Below, piece after piece: positions 9,119 through 20,154 of a DNA stretch of 64,000 nucleotides. The translations under genes and the position numbers were made by a program. Under the pieces are notes generated by a model. The model searched no databases and was not told the origin of the DNA. It saw only the letters and a program-made list of their open reading frames with translations. The stretch's first letter is position 1; each line of letters opens with the position of its first letter. The stretch is from Spirochaetales bacterium (GTDB lineage: Bacteria > Spirochaetota > Spirochaetia > JABEVK01): contig JBAXAI010000005.1 of assembly GCA_037142615.1 (NCBI GenBank), forward strand, positions 90,120-154,119. Reading direction: 5' to 3'.

Positions 9119-10159
9119 TCAGCGCCTTGCCAAGATTCCCGACTCGACGAGCGCCACCACTTCGTCCGCCAGCGGTGACGAGAACAAAACCTGATCGACC
9201 GCGAGCAGGTGGCTGTCCCAAATGTCCGGATTGCTTCCCGAGTCTTCAAACTGGTACACCGAGCGGCAGTAGTCGATCTCAAACAAGTTGCTGCGCGGAT
9301 CGTAGGTGACAACCAGTGGTAGGAGTTGCAGGAAGACCGGCATATCGAAAAGGTCCATGCCCGCCAGTTGGGGGTGGAGGTTGGCGTCAAGGTGGCGGTA
9401 GTAAACCAGCTGGACCTCGTTCCCGCGTTTCTGAAGGTCCAGCGCCAGCGACGCCAACTTGGCGGTCATTTCGGCCAGCGGGTCCTCGAAGTCGGCACTG
9501 AAGTGACGCCACTCCCCGGTGCTGAGCGCCAGATACTGCAGCGCCTCGGTGGCCATTTCGATCTTGTAGTCAAAACGCGCGTGCCCGGGGGCAAAGTACC
9601 CCGGATAAAACCATTGCAGACCGAAGCCACGGCACCACTGCATTTTGCAGTAGATCAAGTACTTTCCCAGACTGTATTTACGGTAGTCTGGGTCGTAGAA
9701 ACTGGTGATTCCTGCGGCGGAGTCTTTGCCCAGGTCGAACACCCCGGCCGCGATGAGCTTGTCGCCGTCGTACAGGTTGATCTCTTGCGTCTGGAACCGG
9801 GAGCTGCGGTGGCGGCCAAAGAGCAGCGACTGCAAGGTGGGCGAAACCTCAAACTCCAGCCCGTGTCGGTAGCGCTGAAAAAGTGCTTCGTGCGCGCCCG
9901 AAGTGGCCTTGGAGTCAGCAACGGCGAACTCGACGCGGAAGGCTTTGTTTCGCTTGGCGAGTTCGGCGAACTTACGGTCCCCGGACCAAGCAGCCAGGTC
10001 AACTCGCAACCACAGGGCGCTATGAAAGCGGTCGGCAAACTCCAGAAAGTGGGTGGTAAACACGTTTTGCCGCATGCGGAACCAACCGTGAGCCCAGTAC
10101 GCGTCGAGTTGCTCGGGGCTGAGAGACGTCAGTTGGTCTCGGTGCGAAAAAGGCGTCAT
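9119..10159 (-). CDS. Aminoacyl-tRNA--protein transferase (ATE/Bpt family) with C-terminal extension
   Basis: GWFR near the N-terminus; LIAAGVFDLG, SFYDPDY.KYSLG and FYPGY.....FDYK of the ATE C-terminal GNAT-like domain. Confidence 0.75.
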   Translation of the reverse strand: MTPFSHRDQLTSLSPEQLDAYWAHGWFRMRQNVFTTHFLEFADRFHSALWLRVDLAAWSGDRKFAELAKRNKAFRVEFAVADSKATSGAHEALFQRYRHGLEFEVSPTLQSLLFGRHRSSRFQTQEINLYDGDKLIAAGVFDLGKDSAAGITSFYDPDYRKYSLGKYLIYCKMQWCRGFGLQWFYPGYFAPGHARFDYKIEMATEALQYLALSTGEWRHFSADFEDPLAEMTAKLASLALDLQKRGNEVQLVYYRHLDANLHPQLAGMDLFDMPVFLQLLPLVVTYDPRSNLFEIDYCRSVYQFEDSGSNPDIWDSHLLAVDQVLFSSPLADEVVALVESGILARR

Positions 10160-10177
10160 GGCTTTCAGTGTAACCGT

Positions 10178-10585
10178 TCAGGCAAGAATACTCCATTTCA
10201 AGGGGGTCAGACGCGCGCTTGCCCCTCCAAGGTCCCTGGCTTCGCAAGCTCCGTGACCACCGCTATGGAAGTGAAAGCGGACCTCGGTTTGCGACGACCT
10301 TCGATGGACGATTGTTTCGGCGTCACCGAACTCTCCGCGCTCGAGCGTGAAGCCGGCATACTGAAGTTCTTTCACGCCTTCCAGATTCTCAATCACGAGG
10401 TGACTCCGATCAAAAGACCGGAAGCGGGTCAATTGTTGTTTTTCGTGGCAGTAGACCAGGACGAAGAGGTCCGAGTCCACCTCGGCGAGGACGCGCATCT
10501 CGTTGGTGGTGGCAGGAGTGAGCAGGACCAGATAGCTCAAAAGAATCTTGTCAGAGGCGGCACTGGGCAAACAGGACTCCCCCAC
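10178..10585 (-). CDS. Hypothetical protein (start uncertain)
   Basis: Fills an otherwise empty gap co-directional with the ATE gene; no motif recognised. Confidence 0.45.
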   Translation of the reverse strand: MGESCLPSAASDKILLSYLVLLTPATTNEMRVLAEVDSDLFVLVYCHEKQQLTRFRSFDRSHLVIENLEGVKELQYAGFTLERGEFGDAETIVHRRSSQTEVRFHFHSGGHGACEARDLGGASARLTPLKWSILA

Positions 10586-10672
10586 AAAAGTGGAAGATTT
10601 CCGTGCACTCTACGCCATGCAACACCGATTTCCACCTCGTTGTTGACAGTCTAGCACAGATTCACCCAACCT

Positions 10673-10685
10673 GTCACGGCGTGAC
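10673..10685. promoter_or_regulatory. Palindrome GTCACG-G-CGTGAC, possible operator
   Basis: Perfect dyad between a TTGACA (10643-10648) and the SD of the PIG-L gene. Confidence 0.3.
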
Positions 10686-10732
10686 TTCTTGTGCTGAGTC
10701 GACTAAGCTGATACCCGAAAGGAGGCCGTAGA

Positions 10733-11371
10733 ATGACAATTGTCGCGCTGGGTGCCCACCCTGATGACCTGGAACTGTCGATGCTGGGGACACTGATCAA
10801 GTACCGCGAGCAGGGTCATGCGGTGTACCCGGTCGTTTTCACCGATGGCCGACGGACGGGAACGCCCCCTGCTGAACACGTTGAGCTTCGGCGGGCCGAG
10901 ACCCTCGCCGCGTTTGCCCTCGTCGGCTTGGAACCGACGCTGCTGGGTTTTCCCAACGGAGCCACGTTGTACGACAGCGAGGTGTTCCGGTCGATCGACG
11001 ACCTGTTTGCCAAATGGCACCCGGAGGTGATTCTCACCCATGCTCTCGACGATTATCACCCCGAGCACCGCCTGCTGGGGCGGGTGGTCACCGATGCCGC
11101 GTGGGCGCCCGTGTTTTTTGCCGACACCATGGGAGGCATCGACTTTCAACCCGACGCGTACGTCGATATCAGCGCCCAGTTTGAGCTCAAACGACAGGCG
11201 CTGTTGCAACACCGTTCGCAGAATGCTGAGAATCTGGTGCGGATTGCCGAGATTCAGAACCGCTTCCGTGGCCTGCAGTGCGATTTCAAGGGCAAAGTGG
11301 CCTACGCTGAAGGTTTCCGCCTCTTTCGCCGCATCGGCAGCATGAGGGCGTATCAACTTTTGCCGCAGTGA
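10733..11371 (+). CDS. PIG-L/LmbE family N-acetyl sugar deacetylase
   Basis: GAHPDDLE, DYHPEH, K...L..H.SQ and AEGF motifs; SD AAGGAGG. Confidence 0.9.
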   Translation: MTIVALGAHPDDLELSMLGTLIKYREQGHAVYPVVFTDGRRTGTPPAEHVELRRAETLAAFALVGLEPTLLGFPNGATLYDSEVFRSIDDLFAKWHPEVILTHALDDYHPEHRLLGRVVTDAAWAPVFFADTMGGIDFQPDAYVDISAQFELKRQALLQHRSQNAENLVRIAEIQNRFRGLQCDFKGKVAYAEGFRLFRRIGSMRAYQLLPQ

Positions 11372-11383
11372 GGCAAGCCTGAC

Positions 11384-13219
11384 TTAGGTCAGGGCAACAT
11401 TTTGCAGACCAAAGACCCGCAACGACTCCTTGCGTCCTTTGACCGTTTCTTCCGACACGAACGCGAACTGGAATTGCGACCTCGTCGCTTCGTCGAGCGC
11501 CTCGAGTGTCTGCCCGGAGAGGAGAATGTCGGTCCCCAGGGTCTTGGTCAGGCCCTCGAGCCGACTGGCCGTGTTCACGGTGTCGCTGATCACGGTGGAA
11601 TCCATGCGTTGGTTCTCGCCGATGGTCCCCATCAGCAGCGGGCCCCAGTGCATGCCAATGCCGACCCGGATCGGCACGTAGCCGACCTGAGCCCGGTGTT
11701 CGTTGTACTCGCGCAGAACTTGCCGCATCTCGAGCGCGGCGCGCATCGCATCCGAGGCATCCCGTGGAAAGAGGGCCATGATCCCGTCGCCGATGTACTT
11801 GTCGACAAACCCGTTATTTTTGCGGATCACCGGCCCCATGCGCCGCAAGTACGAGTTGATGAACTTGAAGTTCTGCTGAGGCGTCATGGTTTCCGAGAGC
11901 GACGTGAAGTCGCGGATGTCGGAAAACAGCACCACCATGGGTCGTTCGGAATAATCGCCGAGTTCGATGTCGACGATGCTCTTCTTGTCGAGGTAACTGA
12001 GCACCTCGCGGGGGATGAACCGCTCGAGCGACACGTTGATCTTGGCCAGGTGCAAGCTGTAGCGCTCCGAGTCCGAAAAGGCGACGGTGAACTTCCGGAT
12101 CATCACCAGCGACTGAAAAATCAAGAAGGCGACGAGGCCGACCGAGCCCATGAAGGGCATCGGGAGCAGCAAGTTCGACTTGAGCAAATCGTTGATCACC
12201 GTGGCAAACAGGATGAGAAAGCCCGACAGAAATAACAGCGAGCCGGTGAGCCGCCCGAGCAGCGCCCGCACGAGAATCCACATGACCACAAACCCCTGCA
12301 CCGCAACGAAGAGCGAAAACCAAGTCAGCATCGCAGTGTACCAGGCGGCCGTTGCCACCAGAATGAGCACGCTGTAGCCACCTCCCACGGCGACCGAGAC
12401 AGGCCGGAACCACTTGGGCGTCACCGAAGGGAACAAGTGGGCAATGAACAAGGCGAAGCTCAGCGAAGCGGCCGAAAAGGTCCAGTACCACAGTTTCATC
12501 TCGGGTTCCCAGGGGAACCAAGGCAGCAGGTCGGCAAAAAAGGTCGAACCCGACAGGAGCCCCCGGAACGAGAACAGAAGGGCCAACACGCCGAACCAAA
12601 GCGCGCTATGGTCCTTGGGGCGGAAGGCGAACAGGCCCAGGTGATACAGGCCCATGATGAACAGGCTGCAGAACAGGGCGACGGCCACCAGAATGTCGGC
12701 CCCGCGAAGTTCCACCAGCGCCCGGGTTGGCCCCAGTCGCAGCGACTCGATCAGGCCTGGGTTAACATCGCCGTAGCTCGCCACACGGATCTGCAAATCG
12801 TTTGCCCCGGCGACGGCAGGGACCTCGACGACGGTGGTTTGGCGGCGGGGTTGGTAGTTCTTGGGGTCCCATTCGCCAACTTTCCACACGCTGGTGCCGT
12901 TCCAGAGCACTTCGCCGGCAGCGCCAATGAGCGGCACCGAAAGGGCCAGCCCCGTCGGCACAGGATCGGGAAGTTGAATGGTCAACTGGTAGGTGCCCCA
13001 CCCGTCGGAACGCCCTTCGGCGGCGGTCCAAGATCCCGGCACCTGCAGGTCGATGGCCTGACCCGCTCCGGGAAGGTTTTGGAACCAGAACTTCCAGTCG
13101 CCATTAAGAGTCGTGGGCTGCGGGTTTTTCCAGGTTGACAGGTCTATGAAGCCACGGTGCACCGTCTGCGCCGGTAGCAAGGAACTCAGCAACAACATCG
13201 GAAGCAAAAAGCGTCGCAT
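11384..13219 (-). CDS. 7TM-DISM receptor class III adenylate/guanylate cyclase
   Basis: Signal peptide MRRFLLPMLLL, extracellular beta domain (LNGDWKF, VPGSW), 7 TM helices, then FSDIRDFT, DKYIGDGIMA and VNTASRLE. Confidence 0.9.
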   Translation of the reverse strand: MRRFLLPMLLLSSLLPAQTVHRGFIDLSTWKNPQPTTLNGDWKFWFQNLPGAGQAIDLQVPGSWTAAEGRSDGWGTYQLTIQLPDPVPTGLALSVPLIGAAGEVLWNGTSVWKVGEWDPKNYQPRRQTTVVEVPAVAGANDLQIRVASYGDVNPGLIESLRLGPTRALVELRGADILVAVALFCSLFIMGLYHLGLFAFRPKDHSALWFGVLALLFSFRGLLSGSTFFADLLPWFPWEPEMKLWYWTFSAASLSFALFIAHLFPSVTPKWFRPVSVAVGGGYSVLILVATAAWYTAMLTWFSLFVAVQGFVVMWILVRALLGRLTGSLLFLSGFLILFATVINDLLKSNLLLPMPFMGSVGLVAFLIFQSLVMIRKFTVAFSDSERYSLHLAKINVSLERFIPREVLSYLDKKSIVDIELGDYSERPMVVLFSDIRDFTSLSETMTPQQNFKFINSYLRRMGPVIRKNNGFVDKYIGDGIMALFPRDASDAMRAALEMRQVLREYNEHRAQVGYVPIRVGIGMHWGPLLMGTIGENQRMDSTVISDTVNTASRLEGLTKTLGTDILLSGQTLEALDEATRSQFQFAFVSEETVKGRKESLRVFGLQNVALT

Positions 13220-13221
13220 AC

Positions 13222-13488
13222 CTAGCGGATCACAAACAGGCGGTACCCGGCCACGTCGGCCGGTTCCGTGGTCACTTTTTTCACGGTGGCGGTTTTGGGA
13301 CCCTTCTTCAGCCACTTGGCGAACTCGTCGACCGCAGCCGCTGGTCCCTGCACATAGCCGCTGACCACGCCGCCGGGGGCGTTTTCGATCCAGCCGCCGA
13401 GTCCCAATCGCCGTGCCTCTTCCTGGGCAGCCCAACGGTAGCCAACACCCTGCACCCGGCCGGTTACGGCAAAGGTTACGGCCTTCAT
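13222..13488 (-). CDS. acyP: Acylphosphatase
   Basis: V.GRVQGVGYR and GW..N...G.V motifs; 88 aa. Confidence 0.92.
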   Translation of the reverse strand: MKAVTFAVTGRVQGVGYRWAAQEEARRLGLGGWIENAPGGVVSGYVQGPAAAVDEFAKWLKKGPKTATVKKVTTEPADVAGYRLFVIR

Positions 13489-13853
13489 CGCTTCACGAGA
13501 CCCAGCGTGCCGTGCCCAGAGGCGCCCGCATCCCAGTCACCGGTAACTAAGTTGCCTTGCTGACCACGGAGCACCCAGTGGTTGTCACCGCTCAGGTCGA
13601 TTCCCCGCTCGTTGCGCGTCCAGGTTCCCACTTCGGGGTAGTCGTAAAGATTGCTGAGGTCCCATTCTCCGGAGTCCGGACCGCCGTGAAACCGGATGGT
13701 TCCTTTATCCCAGGTGTTTCCGTTCGTCACATCGATGACGGTGTAGGACCATTCGCCGCCGATATCGCCCGGGGGGGTTGGTGGCGCTGCGGGCACGGTG
13801 GTGCAGGCCGACAGCACCAGAAGAGGCAAGAACAACAAGAAAGCTCGTAGCAT
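13485..13853 (-). CDS. Hypothetical lipoprotein
   Basis: Lipobox LSA-C, SD GAGGAG, ATGA overlap with acyP. Confidence 0.7.
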   Translation of the reverse strand: MLRAFLLFLPLLVLSACTTVPAAPPTPPGDIGGEWSYTVIDVTNGNTWDKGTIRFHGGPDSGEWDLSNLYDYPEVGTWTRNERGIDLSGDNHWVLRGQQGNLVTGDWDAGASGHGTLGLVKR

Positions 13854-13900
13854 GCAAGGTCTCCTCGTTCCATGATAGCACTGGGCGGCCGTTCGTCCAA

Positions 13901-13969
13901 TCAGATGAGCTTGTTTCGTTTGGCGAAATGGACCAGATCAACCACCGTGTCGGCGATCCAAACCGTCAA
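13901..13969 (-). pseudogene. Deletion remnant of a NarL/LuxR-type response regulator
   Basis: TTG overlapping the kinase stop; reads MTVWIAD-TVVDLVHFAKRNKLI*, i.e. a receiver-domain start joined to a LuxR-HTH end. Confidence 0.7.
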
Positions 13970-15033
13970 ACAGGAACCTCGACCTTGACCCGGGTGCCGT
14001 GACCAGGGCTGGACTCGATGTGTAGCGAGGCACCGATCATGCGTGCTCGCTCTTTGATGCCAACCATGCCCAAGCCGGGGCGGCCTCCTTGACTGGGGGC
14101 GCTGGTCTCGTTCACGACGAAGCCCACTCCGTCGTCATGGACCATCACGCACAGCACGCCGTTACCGGTAATCACTTCGACGCCGATGGATTTCGGCTGG
14201 CCGTGCCGAAGCGCATTTGTCATCGCCTCTTGAACAATCCGGTACAGGTTCACGGCAATTTCCTCGTCCAACGGACCGCCGAAGGGTGTGCCCACCAACC
14301 GAACGGGTAGCTTGGCGCGATAGGAAACTGAGTGGCAGAGCTCGTCGAGCGAACGGAAAAGACCCAAAGTGTCGAGCGATGGGGGACGAAGGCCCCAAGC
14401 CACCTGGCGCACGTGGTCGATGGCCGAGTTCAGGCTCGCCACCGTGCGCAGGTACACGTCCTGGTCGGCCTGGCTGAGCAGGATTTTCGCCGCCGCCAGG
14501 TCTTGGATCACGGTATCGTGCAGGTCACGCGACAAGGCCTTTCGTTCCTCCTCGCTCGCGGCAAGATGCTGCTGGTGGAGTTGCCGCAACAGGTCTTCGG
14601 TTTCGCGTCGCTTGGTGCTGAGCAGGGCAATGGCGCCCGCAATCAACACAATCCCGCCAATGCTCATGAACAGCAATTGCTGGAGCACCGAGTAAACCAG
14701 GCGCTGCCTTGCGAGAAAATCGTTCAGCCGGGCTTGGATTTCGGCCGATCCTGTTCCCGTCGAGATCCAAGCGTCAAGTTGGTCGCTGGAAAGGAACTTC
14801 AGGGTCACCATCGCGTCCCAGACCTTCAGGCCGACAAGCACCTGACGTTTGGCCTCGGATTCCTTGGGGTCACCTCGGGCCACTGCGACGAGGTAGTCCT
14901 GGAACTCCGTATTGGCCACTTGCAACGTTCTTTCGGCGTCGTAGGTGGACTGAAGAAACGAGCCCAGCAGGAGGAAGAGCGAGACGACGAGCGCCATCCC
15001 CAAGATCACGGCGGAATTCTTTCGTAGGAACAC
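13966..15033 (-). CDS. Sensor histidine kinase, HisKA_3 (NarX/UhpB) type
   Basis: Two TM segments, EEERKALSRDLHD, YRIVQEAMTNALRH, DDGVGF and GLGMVGIKER. GTG 15033 chosen as start to avoid overlap with the divergent gene. Confidence 0.9.
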   Translation of the reverse strand: MFLRKNSAVILGMALVVSLFLLLGSFLQSTYDAERTLQVANTEFQDYLVAVARGDPKESEAKRQVLVGLKVWDAMVTLKFLSSDQLDAWISTGTGSAEIQARLNDFLARQRLVYSVLQQLLFMSIGGIVLIAGAIALLSTKRRETEDLLRQLHQQHLAASEEERKALSRDLHDTVIQDLAAAKILLSQADQDVYLRTVASLNSAIDHVRQVAWGLRPPSLDTLGLFRSLDELCHSVSYRAKLPVRLVGTPFGGPLDEEIAVNLYRIVQEAMTNALRHGQPKSIGVEVITGNGVLCVMVHDDGVGFVVNETSAPSQGGRPGLGMVGIKERARMIGASLHIESSPGHGTRVKVEVPV

Positions 15034-15056
15034 GAGAAATAGTCTATCATGAAACA

Positions 15057-15638
15057 ATGCGCAAGTCGTTCCCATTTTGGGCAGTTATCCTGGCGCCGAT
15101 CGTTGCAGCGCTCCTCAATGTCTTTCTCAACTGGGCCAACCGGAGTCTGGGGTCACCCCTCTTTGCCGATTCCATATTCACAGCGGTGGTCGCCGCGGTC
15201 TTCGGGGTCGTCCCGGGACTGGCAGCCGCCTTGCTCACCCAACTGGGCATGGAGGCCGTGCTGAGTCTGCAGGGCCCGTTTGGCACCGCACTGCCGTTTG
15301 TGTTCTGCGGCTTCGCTACGGCCCTCATCGTCGGCCTGGCCGCCGAACGGGGCCGCTTCTTGTCGGTGCTGGCTCTCACGGCGGTCATCGCGGGTGTCAC
15401 GCTGGCCAACTCGGTCATCGGTTCAGTGACGGCGACCTTTGTGTTCGGTGGCGTCACCCTGCACACCAGCGATTTTCTGATCACCGGGTTCCTCCTGAGC
15501 GGCCAGCAACTGCTCGAGGCCAGCTTCTGGGCGCGCGTACCGCTCAACCTGATCGACAAGGGCATTGCCGTCGGGCTGGCCTACTTCACGCTCAAACAGC
15601 TCGTCCCCAAGCAGTACCTGCCCGCGCCGAGGGGGTGA
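15057..15638 (+). CDS. ECF transporter S-component-like membrane protein
   Basis: About 190 aa, about 6 TM; PLFADSIFT...A..FG...G and N..DK motifs typical of ECF S components. Confidence 0.7.
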   Translation: MRKSFPFWAVILAPIVAALLNVFLNWANRSLGSPLFADSIFTAVVAAVFGVVPGLAAALLTQLGMEAVLSLQGPFGTALPFVFCGFATALIVGLAAERGRFLSVLALTAVIAGVTLANSVIGSVTATFVFGGVTLHTSDFLITGFLLSGQQLLEASFWARVPLNLIDKGIAVGLAYFTLKQLVPKQYLPAPRG

Positions 15639-15714
15639 GCCGCGTACCAACGACGCCGGGTCCCTTTGACATCCACGGCCCTTGGGTCGAAACTGGGGTG
15701 ACAGGGGGCCCTTC

Positions 15715-16011
15715 ATGAGCGTCATCTACACCCACACCACTTGGTACGTCATCGCCGGCAAAGAGGCCGAGTTTGAAAAACGCTGGGCCGACTGGGCCGA
15801 CTGGGGCCACCAAGCTGGCTTGGTCAAAGGGGCCAAACTTCTCAAGTCCAACGACGAAGAGGGCGTGTTTGTCAGCTTCGGCATCTGGAAGGACCTGAGC
15901 CAAGCCAAGGCCTGGCGCAAAGCCGCCGGTTACGCGGAGCGTCTGGGCAAACTACAGCAGGTGATCACCAAGTTCGAGCCGCGAACATTGCAGCAGGTCG
16001 GAGAAGCCTGA
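15715..16011 (+). CDS. Antibiotic biosynthesis monooxygenase (ABM) domain protein
   Basis: 98 aa; W.V..GKEAEFEKRW...F.S...W pattern. Confidence 0.75.
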   Translation: MSVIYTHTTWYVIAGKEAEFEKRWADWADWGHQAGLVKGAKLLKSNDEEGVFVSFGIWKDLSQAKAWRKAAGYAERLGKLQQVITKFEPRTLQQVGEA

Positions 16012-16030
16012 CGACGCCGACCCGAGAACG

Positions 16031-16126
16031 CTTACTGGCACGCCTCACAACTAGGGTCTTGGCGACGGGCGCTGGCGCGCCCTTACGCCTGCAGTTCCGC
16101 GCAAGGCGCAGAACTGCACACTTCTC

Positions 16127-16155
<29 letters not shown>
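16031..16155 (-). repeat. Diverged 30-bp direct repeat of the nrdA 3' end (16031-16060 vs 16126-16155) flanking a hairpin
   Basis: 25/30 identical; the copies read DPSCEACQ* and DPTCEACQ*. Confidence 0.85.
16090..16118. terminator. Stem-loop between the convergent ABM gene and nrdA
   Basis: TGCAGTTCcGCG-caagg-CGCaGAACTGCA, a 12-bp stem (one G-U pair on the minus strand); no U-tract. Confidence 0.5.
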
Positions 16156-18649
<2,494 letters not shown>

Positions 18650-18679
18650 CATCAACCTCCCAGTTTTTGACCTTCGACC

Positions 18680-18707
18680 ACTATAGCAAAGTTTGGTCGA
18701 CTGTAAA
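18680..18707 (-). promoter_or_regulatory. Putative nrdA promoter
   Basis: TTTACA-16 nt-TATAGT with extended TG; the -10 is flanked by the inverted repeat TCGACCA/TGGTCGA (18674-18700). Confidence 0.55.
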
Positions 18708-18727
18708 GGCCCAAAAGCGGGCTAATC

Positions 18728-18743
18728 ACACTACCGGTAGTGT
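18728..18743. promoter_or_regulatory. NrdR-box-like 16-bp palindrome
   Basis: ACACTACCGGTAGTGT is a perfect palindrome upstream of nrdA; the outer 12 positions fit acaCwAtATaTwGtgt, the central 4 do not. Confidence 0.5.
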
Positions 18744-18810
18744 CATACCGATAAACATTGCACTATTGACCGGGGACCTTCCGAGGCCTAAACTATGGTA
18801 GGAGCGTGTT

Positions 18811-20154
18811 TTGTCTATCCAGCGAAGCCTCATCCTGACGGTCGTGCTCACGCTCCTGCTTCCCGCTTTTTTGGTCAGCGGCTGGCAGACGTCCGAGGCC
18901 TTTTCGCAAATGGAGCGGCGCTTTGCCGCCGACCAGGACCGCACGCTCGACTCCCTGGTCTGGAGCCTCACGGAACTGGTGTGGAACTTCAACGAAGCAG
19001 ACACGGCTTCGGTCTTGCGCGGCTCCTTCTACGACGAGCGAATCGTTCGAATTTCGGTGACGAGCATCCCGGGGACCCAGTTGGCCGAGGTGCAGAATCT
19101 GTCGCGCGACCACGGCCGAACCGTCTCGGTGCAGGCCCCGATCAAACACGGCAACCAAGAGATTGGCAGCGTGTCGTTGTCGATGGACCGCACACCCGAT
19201 TTCGACGCCGTGATGCACAATGCCTCCGTCACCTTGGCCCTGTTGCTCGTTCAGCTGGCTTTTAGCGTGTCGCTGCTGCTTTGGCAGTTAAGGCGGCGTT
19301 TTGTGCAGCCCTTGCGTCTGCTCGAACTGCAGGCGCAGCAGCTCAACCGAAATCAGCTGGGCGAGGCGTTTGTCTGGACGCGAAACGACGAACTGGGGCA
19401 CCTGGGAGCCAGCTTGGAGGCCACACGCCTCGCCCTCAAAGAATCGTTTTCGACGCTGGAGGCACGGGTTTCCGAGCGCACTCGCGACCTCGAGGCCTTC
19501 AGCTACTCGGTGTCGCACGACTTGCGTGCCCCTTTGCGCGCCATAAAAGGCTACGCCGATGCGCTGACCGAAGACGTGGGGAGCGACCTTTCGGCCCAGG
19601 CTCTCGAGGACCTGAAGCGGATTCACCGCGGGGTGGGAAAAATGGGTCAGCTCATCGAGGACCTTTTGAACCTTTCGATGGTTACCCGGGTCGACCTCAA
19701 GAAGGTTCCCGTGAACCTTCTGGTGTTGGCCAAGAGCGTATGGAACGATCTGGAAGAAAAGGAACCTCTGCGCAAAGTGAAGATTGAGTTCCTTGGTGAC
19801 TTCCACGTGGAAGGTGACAGAGCGCTGCTGGAGATCGCGCTGCGCAATTTGCTGGGCAACGCCTGGAAGTACACGTCCAAGACGGCTGAGCCCGAGGTCT
19901 GGTTAGAGGAGCTCAAAATCGGTAACGACCGCTGGTTCGCTCTGACGGACAATGGTCCCGGGTTCCCACCGGAGCGCGCCGAGGAACTCTTCGAGCCCTT
20001 CTTGCGCCTGCACAGCGATGCCGACTACGCGGGAAACGGCATTGGACTGGCGATTGTGAAACGCATCATCGACCGTCACGGGGGCCAGATCATGGCCGAG
20101 GCGCTTCCTGAAGGCGGAGCGCGGTTCAAGTTTTCTTTAGCGACACGACGCTGA
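18811..20154 (+). CDS. HAMP-domain sensor histidine kinase
   Basis: Two TMs, HAMP (RNDELGHL), FSYSVSHDLRAPLR, NLLGNAWKY, DNGPGF and GNGIGLA. Confidence 0.93.
   Translation: MSIQRSLILTVVLTLLLPAFLVSGWQTSEAFSQMERRFAADQDRTLDSLVWSLTELVWNFNEADTASVLRGSFYDERIVRISVTSIPGTQLAEVQNLSRDHGRTVSVQAPIKHGNQEIGSVSLSMDRTPDFDAVMHNASVTLALLLVQLAFSVSLLLWQLRRRFVQPLRLLELQAQQLNRNQLGEAFVWTRNDELGHLGASLEATRLALKESFSTLEARVSERTRDLEAFSYSVSHDLRAPLRAIKGYADALTEDVGSDLSAQALEDLKRIHRGVGKMGQLIEDLLNLSMVTRVDLKKVPVNLLVLAKSVWNDLEEKEPLRKVKIEFLGDFHVEGDRALLEIALRNLLGNAWKYTSKTAEPEVWLEELKIGNDRWFALTDNGPGFPPERAEELFEPFLRLHSDADYAGNGIGLAIVKRIIDRHGGQIMAEALPEGGARFKFSLATRR

Noticed and set aside
9326-10654. 442-aa + strand ORF
   Set aside because: Antisense to the ATE gene; no motif.
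16021-16032. 12-bp match CCCGAGAACGCT shared with 35872-35883 (flanks of nrdA and nrdB)
   Set aside because: Many 12-mer matches are expected by chance in 64 kb.
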